Origin: Candidatus Iainarchaeum sp.
GTDB lineage: Archaea > Iainarchaeota > Iainarchaeia > Iainarchaeales > CSSED10-239
NCBI GenBank assembly: GCA_028693335.1
Contig: JAQUVR010000044.1
Location: forward strand, 1 to 5,845
Length of the DNA stretch: 5,845 nucleotides
Direction of reading: 5' to 3'
Shown: piece by piece, positions 1 to 5,708 of the stretch
Layout: every line of letters begins with the position of its first letter
Position numbering within the stretch: position 1 is the stretch's first letter
Program-made: the position numbers and the translations under genes
The notes under the pieces: model-generated
Told to the model about the DNA's origin: nothing
Seen by the model: only the letters and a program-made list of their open reading frames with translations
Databases searched by the model: none

Positions 1-74
1 TTGATGATATTATTGCTGGTCAATCAGGTAGGGGCCAAGCAAGAATGGGCCCACAGGATATGGCTGAAATGTAA
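1..74 (+). CDS. 3' end of a gene truncated by the window edge; possible group II chaperonin (thermosome) subunit C-terminus
   Basis: Frame 3 reads DDIIAGQSGRGQARMGPQDMAEM then TAA at 72-74. The (I)DD(V/I)IA motif followed by a Gly/Met/Asp-rich tail resembles thermosome C-termini as I remember them (RIDDVIA... then G/M-rich tails). Only 23 residues are visible, so the call is tentative. Confidence 0.4.
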   Translation, partial: DDIIAGQSGRGQARMGPQDMAEM

Positions 75-142
75 TATTTTCTTTTTTAATCTTTTTATTT
101 ATTACAATTATTAAATTACTATTTTTTATGTAAAAAGCAAGT

Positions 143-177
143 TTTATATATTTATTGTATTCAAAATTATATAAAAT
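143..177 (+). promoter_or_regulatory. Candidate archaeal TATA boxes upstream of the SSB gene
   Basis: TTTATATA at 143-150 matches the archaeal TATA consensus and would give a ~25-nt leader. TTATATAAAA at 168-177 is centred about 25 nt before the ATG at 197 and would give a leaderless mRNA. No Shine-Dalgarno sequence is present. AT-rich background makes TATA calls weak. Confidence 0.3.
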
Positions 178-196
178 AAGAGAATATTAAAAAATC

Positions 197-544
197 ATGA
201 TAGAAAAAATAGACAAAATTAAGCCATTTCAAAAAAAAATAGATATTATTGCAAAAGTTATAGATAAGACGCCAATAAGAGAAGTAATATCTAAATTAGA
301 TGAAACTAATCACAAGGTTTGTGAAGTTTTATTAGGAGATGATTCTGGTACTATTTATTTAACTCTTTGGGATAATGCTATAGATAAATTAGAAATAAAT
401 AAAGTTTATTCTTTTAAAAATTTGTTTTCTTCAGAATTTAAAAAATCAGTAAGATTAAATATTGGTAGATTTGGAGAATTTAGTGAAACAGATATTAGTT
501 TGTCAGTAAATTTAAATAATTTTAAATCTGAGGAAAAAATCTAA
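197..544 (+). CDS. ssb: Single-OB-fold single-stranded DNA-binding protein (crenarchaeal SSB / hSSB1-like)
   Basis: The 115-aa ORF matches Sulfolobus SSB and human SSB1 from memory in both order and spacing. N-terminal I..IKP motif: IDKIKPFQKKIDIIAKVID. Then GDDSGTIYLTLWDN (compare GDETGRVKLTLWG). Then the F-K-x-x-V/L-x-L-N/Y-x-G strand: SEFKKSVRLNIGRFGEF. Confidence 0.75.
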   Translation: MIEKIDKIKPFQKKIDIIAKVIDKTPIREVISKLDETNHKVCEVLLGDDSGTIYLTLWDNAIDKLEINKVYSFKNLFSSEFKKSVRLNIGRFGEFSETDISLSVNLNNFKSEEKI

Positions 545-573
545 AAGGTTTAAATATATTTCTTATTCTTATA

Positions 574-582
574 TTATATATA
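574..582 (+). promoter_or_regulatory. Candidate TATA box for the tRNA gene
   Basis: TTATATATA is centred about 25 nt upstream of tRNA position 1 (603), the expected archaeal TATA-to-start spacing if the leader is very short. Confidence 0.35.
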
Positions 583-602
583 GATCACTGTTTTTAAATT
601 TT

Positions 603-677
603 GGAAGTTTAGCTCAGCCTGGTTAGAGCATTGGTCTTATACACCAAGGGTCGCAGGTTCGAATCCTGCATCTTCCA
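603..677 (+). tRNA. tRNA-Ile, anticodon UAU (reads AUA)
   Basis: Hand-folded cloverleaf. Acceptor GGAAGTT/ATCTTCC gives 6 of 7 pairs with a U6-U67 mismatch. U8 A9. D stem GCTC/GAGC with loop AGCCTGGTTA. Anticodon stem TTGGT/ACCAA (5 perfect pairs), loop CTTATAC, so the anticodon is TAT at 638-640. Variable loop GGGTC. T stem GCAGG/CCTGC with loop TTCGAAT. Discriminator A677. CCA is not encoded. Confidence 0.93.
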
Positions 678-686
678 TTTTTTTTT
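678..686 (+). terminator. Oligo-T terminator directly after the tRNA
   Basis: A run of nine T begins immediately after the discriminator base. This is the typical archaeal (and Pol III-like) termination signal. Confidence 0.6.
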
Positions 687-756
687 AAATTACAATGTAT
701 TTTAATACTTTTCGTTAATCTATTTATTTTGAAAATTGTAGAAAAAATAATTAATC

Positions 757-2142
757 ATGGCGCTTAACAAAAAACTATTTTATTGGGTATTTGGTATCAT
801 ATTTTCTGGAATTGTATATTTATTAATACACAATTTATCTTTTTTCTCTCAAATTAAGGATATCTGGTATATGGAGTTAGCATTGCCATTAACAATAATC
901 TTTCTTTTCTTTGTGATTGGTTGTTTAATTTCAAAAATCCCAAAAACCAGTTATTTATTGTTAGAAAAAAAAGAAAAAACTAAATTTGCTGATATTGAAA
1001 ATATTGTTAATTCTGAAAATAGTTCTGAAGAAATAAATAAATTAATTGCAACCATAAAAAAATTAGTGAATTTTATAATAAAAGAAAAATATTCAAAAGA
1101 ATCTATAAAAACATTTGTAGAATATCTTGGTATAGATCCCGATGCAGCACAAAAAATCGTGTTACACATAAAGAAATTAAGAGTAATTAGACACGTTTAT
1201 TGGGCTTTTGGAATAATACTTTCAATTTTTATCTATTTTTTAATAATGTTTTTACCTGGATTTCATTTTCTTAAAGGCACAATTTTGCCAATAGCAATTT
1301 CATTGGTGGTATTATTGCTTTTTTTTATTGAGGGTTTTTTAATTATTAGATTGCCACAATCATTTTATTTAAATTTATTAGGTATAAAAGATATTAAACA
1401 AATTAATCAGCAAAAACAGTTAATAACTCAAAAAACTAAAAGACAAGAGGAACATATTAAAAATATAAAAAATACTATTAGGTATTTACTTAAAATAAAA
1501 ACAGACTCTGAATTTATAAAAAAACTATTGATTGAAAATGGTTTTAGTAAACAAGTTGCAGAAAATATATTAACTAATATTATAAAAGAAAACGAAATAG
1601 AAAAAATTAGTTCTGATAAAAGCAAATTGCCAGCAACAGCTAATGAAAAGATCACAAAATTATTTTTATCTAAAATACATGAAGAATTTTTGTCATTAAA
1701 AGAAGTATATGGCCAAATAAATGAGATAAATAAAAAAATAGATGTTTTAGAAAAAAGACAAAAAAAAATAAATTTTAATAAAGGGGATTCTTCAAATAAA
1801 AGTGAAATATCTGGTGCAAATATTTTAAATGATCCTAAGATTCCAAATAGCAAACAATTTAATTTATTGTTAGAATCAGAAGAAGAACAAGAGAAATTTG
1901 AAAAATACATGAAACAAATAAGGTTTCTATTTGAATTTCTTAAACCCTATGCAAAAAAATACACAAAAAATCAATTAGAATCTTTTTTAGTATCTCAAGA
2001 ATATAAACCAGAAATTATTTCAGATGTTATGAATGAATTTAAGAAAGAGGGTATTGAATTTATTAATAACCAAAATATTCAAACTAAAGTTGTTAATTTT
2101 ATAAATAACATCTATTATGGTATTTCTAAAAAAAAAGAGTAA
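757..2142 (+). CDS. Uncharacterised 4-TM membrane protein with internal duplications: (2-TM hairpin + helical module) x2, coiled coil, third helical module
   Basis: A 461-aa ORF, by far the longest reading frame in this span. Hydrophobic hairpins at aa 6-70 and aa 144-209 align with each other: YW.FGII.S..IY.LI ... LFF..G.LI..P...YL.L. Lys/Glu-rich helical segments follow. I recognise no enzymatic motif. Confidence 0.85.
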   Translation: MALNKKLFYWVFGIIFSGIVYLLIHNLSFFSQIKDIWYMELALPLTIIFLFFVIGCLISKIPKTSYLLLEKKEKTKFADIENIVNSENSSEEINKLIATIKKLVNFIIKEKYSKESIKTFVEYLGIDPDAAQKIVLHIKKLRVIRHVYWAFGIILSIFIYFLIMFLPGFHFLKGTILPIAISLVVLLLFFIEGFLIIRLPQSFYLNLLGIKDIKQINQQKQLITQKTKRQEEHIKNIKNTIRYLLKIKTDSEFIKKLLIENGFSKQVAENILTNIIKENEIEKISSDKSKLPATANEKITKLFLSKIHEEFLSLKEVYGQINEINKKIDVLEKRQKKINFNKGDSSNKSEISGANILNDPKIPNSKQFNLLLESEEEQEKFEKYMKQIRFLFEFLKPYAKKYTKNQLESFLVSQEYKPEIISDVMNEFKKEGIEFINNQNIQTKVVNFINNIYYGISKKKE

Positions 2143-2151
2143 AACAAACTA

Positions 2152-2166
2152 TTTTTTATTCTTTTT
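2152..2166 (+). terminator. Oligo-T tracts downstream of the membrane protein gene
   Basis: T6 at 2152-2157 and T5 at 2162-2166, within 25 nt of the stop at 2140-2142. Confidence 0.35.
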
Positions 2167-2213
2167 CTAATTAAAATATAATATACATTTAATAACTATA
2201 AATATGAAAAAAC

Positions 2214-5069
2214 ATGTCAGAACAATTTAATCACAATTCAGAAAAAGAAGTAAAAAAATATTGGGAAGAAAATAACATTCCAGAAAAAGTAAGAACAAAA
2301 AAATCAGATAAAAATTATTATTTTATTGATGGTCCACCATATGCTTCTGGTAATTTACATTTAGGAACAGCAATGAATCGTATTTTAAAAGATCTAATTA
2401 TAAGATATAGAAGAATGACTGGTTATACTGTTTTAGATACTCCTGGTTTTGATACACATGGTGTTCCAATAGAAGCAAAAGTTCAAAAAACAAATGCATT
2501 AAAATCAAAAGAAGATATTGAGAATTTTGGAATAGATAAATTTACAAAAGAATGTGAAAAATTTGCAACAGAGCACATAGAAGACATGTCCAGAGAAATT
2601 TATGAACTTGGGCAATGGATGGATTTTAAAAAGCCTTATAGAACATTAGATAAATCATATATGGAAACTGGGTGGTGGGTTTTTAAAAAAGCAGCAGACA
2701 AAGGACTTTTATATCATGACAAATATCCAGTACATGTTTGTCCTAATTGTGAAACTGCAGTTTCTTTTAATGAAATTGAACATAAAGATCTAACAGATAC
2801 TTCTGTTTATGTTAGAATGAAATTAACAGAAGAAGATAACACCTATTTTGTGATTTGGACAACAACTCCTTGGACATTACCAGCAAATCTAGGTATTATG
2901 GTTCATCCAAGTTACACATATGTAGAATTAATACATGATGAAAACAAATATATTGTTGCAGAAGAATTAGTAAATAAAATTGTAAAAGAGCTAAATTGGC
3001 AAGAAGATTATATTTTAGGAAATACATTTTTAGGAGAAGAACTTGTTGGAAAAAAATATGAGCCAATTTTAGGTGAATGGTTGAAAGACTTAGAACAATT
3101 AAAAAAAGATTGTTATAAAGTTATACCATCAGCAAGATATGTTCACTTAGAAGAAGGAACAGGTTTAGTTCACTGTGCACCCGGTCATGGTAGAGAAGAT
3201 TATCAAGTTGGCAAAGAAAATAATTTGCCAGCATATTGTCCAGTGACTGTTTTAGGTGTTTATGATGATACTTTAAATGTTTTTTCTGGAGAAAAAGTTA
3301 AACAATTAGATCCAGAAATAATTAAATATTTAGAAAGTAAGGGAGCAATACTTGGTAAAAGATCAATAACTCACGCATATCCTACCTGTTGGAGATGTTC
3401 TTTTCCATTGTTACAGGTTGCACTTCCTCAATGGTTTTTAAAAATTGAACCAATGAAAGAAAGATTAAAAGAACTAAATAGAGAACAAGTTACTTGGTAT
3501 CCAGAATGGGCAAAAGAAAGATTTGATAATTGGTTAGATTCATTATCTGATTGGCCAATCTCAAGAGCAAGATATTGGGGAATACCAATTCCTATTTGGC
3601 AATGTGATTGCTGTTTAGAAATAGAAGTTTTTGGATCTTTAGAGGAATTAAAAACAAAAGCATCAGATTTAGATTTAAATATGGATTTACATAAACCAGA
3701 AATTGATAAAATAACTTTTAGTTGTAAATGTGGGGGAACAAAAAAAAGAATTCCAGAAATATTTGATGTTTGGTTTGATTCTGGAATTGCATCTTTTGCA
3801 AGTTTAGGATATCCAAAAAACAAAGAAGTTTTTGATAATTTTTGGCCACCAGATATTAATCTTGAAGGGAGTGATCAAATCAGAGGTTGGTGGAATTCTC
3901 AAATGATTTGTTCTGCAATCTGTTTTGATAAAGCTCCTTATAAATTTGTTGCACTTCATGGAATGGTCTTAGCTGTTGATAAAAGAAAATTATCTAAATC
4001 AGAAGGAAATGATAGACCACTTCTTGAAAGATTTAGTGAATTGTCTATTGATTATTATAGATATTATTTTGCAAGAGAATATAATGGAATGGATGTTGTT
4101 GTTGATGAAAAGAAATTTTTAGAAATAAAAAGAATATTTAATCTTTTAGAAAATATTTATTCTTTAATGACATTAATTGATGACAATCAAAAATTTAATA
4201 ATTCAATTGAAAATGATAGATTAGAAATTGAAGATAAATGGATTCTTTCAAAATATAATTCCTTACTAGATAATTATCATAAAAATTATCAAGGATGTAA
4301 TTTTTCAAAATCAACAACAGAACTTGAGAAATTTATATTAGAAGATTTTAGTAGAATTTATTTGAAATTAATTAAAAAAAGAGAAAATAAAAATAATGTT
4401 TTGTGTCATATATATTCTGGATTATTATTAATGTTATCTCCATCAGTTCCACATTTAACAGAGTATCTTTATTTGAAGTTTAAGGATAAGAAAGAGTCTA
4501 TACATTTAGAAAATCTTCCAATGGTTAATAAAGATTTAATAAATAAAGAGCTAGAAGATAACTTTTCATTAGCACTAGATATTGTTCAAGAAACACTTGC
4601 TGCAAGAGAAAGAGCAAAAAAAAGATTAAGATGGATTTTACCAAAGTTAGTTGTTACTCTTAAAGACCCAGAAAAACACAGATCTATTATAGAGATTATT
4701 GCAAATATGGCAAACATCAAAGAAGTACTTCTTCAAGAAGAAAAACCGATTGGAAATTATGAAGAAGGCAAGGTCTCTGAAGATGTAATGATATATTTAG
4801 ATCTTGATTTTCCAGAAGGATTAGAAGATGATTGGGAAGTAAGTGAATTAACTAGATTAATACAATCTGAAAGAAAGAAAAAGAACTTAACTCCAAGTCA
4901 AGTAGTGGGTTTGGAGATCGCTTGTTCAGACAAAACTTTTATTGAGAAGAACAAAAAACAAATAGAAGTTGCAACATCAACCAAGCTTACAGTAATTCCT
5001 TTCGATGAAAATAACACAAGCAAGCAAAAGCTAATAGAAAGAGAAATCTATTTCTCTTTTTCTTTTTAA
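2214..5069 (+). CDS. ileS: Isoleucyl-tRNA synthetase (class Ia, archaeal type)
   Basis: HIGH-region GPPYASGNLHLGTAMNRILKD (HLGT at 2358-2369). GFDTHGVPIE. Editing-domain signatures VIWTTTPWTLPAN and GTGLVHCAPGHGREDY. WPISRARYWGIPIPIW. EGSDQIRGWW. KMSKS-type loop KLSKS at 3987-4001. Cys knuckles CPNC...CWRC and CDCC...CKC in the connective peptides. Confidence 0.97.
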   Translation: MSEQFNHNSEKEVKKYWEENNIPEKVRTKKSDKNYYFIDGPPYASGNLHLGTAMNRILKDLIIRYRRMTGYTVLDTPGFDTHGVPIEAKVQKTNALKSKEDIENFGIDKFTKECEKFATEHIEDMSREIYELGQWMDFKKPYRTLDKSYMETGWWVFKKAADKGLLYHDKYPVHVCPNCETAVSFNEIEHKDLTDTSVYVRMKLTEEDNTYFVIWTTTPWTLPANLGIMVHPSYTYVELIHDENKYIVAEELVNKIVKELNWQEDYILGNTFLGEELVGKKYEPILGEWLKDLEQLKKDCYKVIPSARYVHLEEGTGLVHCAPGHGREDYQVGKENNLPAYCPVTVLGVYDDTLNVFSGEKVKQLDPEIIKYLESKGAILGKRSITHAYPTCWRCSFPLLQVALPQWFLKIEPMKERLKELNREQVTWYPEWAKERFDNWLDSLSDWPISRARYWGIPIPIWQCDCCLEIEVFGSLEELKTKASDLDLNMDLHKPEIDKITFSCKCGGTKKRIPEIFDVWFDSGIASFASLGYPKNKEVFDNFWPPDINLEGSDQIRGWWNSQMICSAICFDKAPYKFVALHGMVLAVDKRKLSKSEGNDRPLLERFSELSIDYYRYYFAREYNGMDVVVDEKKFLEIKRIFNLLENIYSLMTLIDDNQKFNNSIENDRLEIEDKWILSKYNSLLDNYHKNYQGCNFSKSTTELEKFILEDFSRIYLKLIKKRENKNNVLCHIYSGLLLMLSPSVPHLTEYLYLKFKDKKESIHLENLPMVNKDLINKELEDNFSLALDIVQETLAARERAKKRLRWILPKLVVTLKDPEKHRSIIEIIANMANIKEVLLQEEKPIGNYEEGKVSEDVMIYLDLDFPEGLEDDWEVSELTRLIQSERKKKNLTPSQVVGLEIACSDKTFIEKNKKQIEVATSTKLTVIPFDENNTSKQKLIEREIYFSFSF

Positions 5070-5096
5070 TTTTTCTAATTCTTTAAACGTTTTATT

Positions 5097-5138
5097 TGCC
5101 GAAGGATATATATATATATATACATCGGCTCTCTTTTT
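5097..5138 (+). terminator. GC-clamped hairpin with (AT)8 core followed by T6; likely ileS terminator
   Basis: GCCGA (5097-5101) pairs with TCGGC (5124-5128). The inner ATATAT (5105-5110) pairs with ATATAT (5115-5120) around a 4-nt loop. CTCTC follows, then T6 at 5133-5138. The element lies 28 nt after the ileS stop, which is itself followed by T5 at 5070-5074. Confidence 0.5.
5105..5121. repeat. (AT)8A dinucleotide microsatellite
   Basis: Direct reading: atatatatatatatata, 17 nt. Confidence 0.95.
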
Positions 5139-5167
5139 TATATTAACTTAATTAAGTAACTAAAAAA

Positions 5168-5177
5168 AAGGAGATGA
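5168..5177 (+). promoter_or_regulatory. Shine-Dalgarno site for the downstream CDS
   Basis: AAGGAGATGA. The AGGAGATGA portion matches 8 of the first 9 positions of the canonical SD AGGAGGTGAT (complement of the 16S 3' end). The GGAG core ends 11 nt before the ATG at 5185. Confidence 0.6.
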
Positions 5178-5184
5178 AATCAAA

Positions 5185-5688
5185 ATGAAAGTAAAAAGTG
5201 AAAAGACAAAGCTAATCATTTGGGCAGTAGTTGCTTTAGTTGTTGGTGTAGTTATTGGAATGTTAATAACAAATGCAACAACAGGAAATGCTAAAAAAGC
5301 TTTAAATAGCAAGAATGTTGAATCATTAGTAAATTCCGAATTAATAATAGGAAATACTAAGGTGGGTGAATTTACTTCAAATAACCACATTAAAATATCA
5401 TCAAATTATATTATTTCAGAACAAACAGATTATGATGTGATATTAGTGGATGGAACAGGTGGAGGAAATTCAATTAATGCAGGCTGTCTTTGTTCAATCT
5501 TAGATGCAACCCCGGGAACTGGTGTTTTTTGTCCACTAACTATAACTCCTGGTAATGGGCATACTAATTATACATGTAATTCTAGTTGTACGGGTATTTC
5601 TCATTTGCCAAAACCGTGTATATTTTATATCTCTTCTGGAGGGCATAGTATAACTTTACCTGGCGCAACAGTTGATATTTATAACTGA
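5185..5688 (+). CDS. Small membrane-anchored or secreted cysteine-rich protein, function unknown
   Basis: 167-aa ORF preceded by a strong SD. The N-terminus MKVKSEKTK plus hydrophobic LIIWAVVALVVGVVIGMLI forms a signal anchor or signal peptide, with possible A-x-A-like sites at TNA or GNA. The C-terminal region is Gly/Thr/Ser/Asn-rich with six Cys at aa 101, 103, 116, 131, 135 and 145 (nt 5485-5619). Confidence 0.8.
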   Translation: MKVKSEKTKLIIWAVVALVVGVVIGMLITNATTGNAKKALNSKNVESLVNSELIIGNTKVGEFTSNNHIKISSNYIISEQTDYDVILVDGTGGGNSINAGCLCSILDATPGTGVFCPLTITPGNGHTNYTCNSSCTGISHLPKPCIFYISSGGHSITLPGATVDIYN

Positions 5689-5708
5689 TTTAAATTTTAG
5701 AATATGAA

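Noticed and set aside
231-239. A9 homopolymer runs inside coding sequence (also 1760-1768, 2128-2136 and an A8 in ileS near 3740) as possible frameshift or slippage sites
   Set aside because: All sit in frame as Lys (AAA) codon strings in Lys-rich proteins of a very AT-rich genome, and the reading frames continue intact across them. There is no evidence of programmed frameshifting.
951-1169. 72-aa ORF on the minus strand inside the membrane-protein gene
   Set aside because: It lies entirely antisense to a much longer ORF with clear domain structure. Its Phe/Ser/Ile-rich low-complexity translation is what the reverse complement of Lys/Glu/Ile-rich coding sequence produces, and it has no start-site signals.
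1428-1910. 160-aa ORF on the minus strand inside the membrane-protein gene
   Set aside because: Same reasoning: it is a shadow ORF of AAA/GAA-rich sense codons (giving TTT/TTC antisense). The sense-strand frame is uninterrupted for 461 codons and shows internal repeats.
2204-2230. Alternative upstream ATG at 2204 for ileS
   Set aside because: It is out of frame with ileS and hits a stop after 8 codons (ATGAAAAAACATGTCAGAACAATTTAA). The ATG at 2214 yields the expected IleRS N-terminus (..EKEVKKYWEENNI..).
3428-3823. 131-aa ORF on the minus strand inside ileS
   Set aside because: It is antisense to the highly conserved IleRS catalytic core (WPISRARYWGIPIP region), so it is almost certainly a shadow ORF.
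5160-5390. 76-aa ORF on the minus strand overlapping the start of the Cys-rich protein gene
   Set aside because: The plus-strand ORF is longer, has a strong SD at the correct spacing and a coherent signal-anchor plus ectodomain layout. The minus ORF is the hydrophobic mirror of the TM segment and has no upstream signals.
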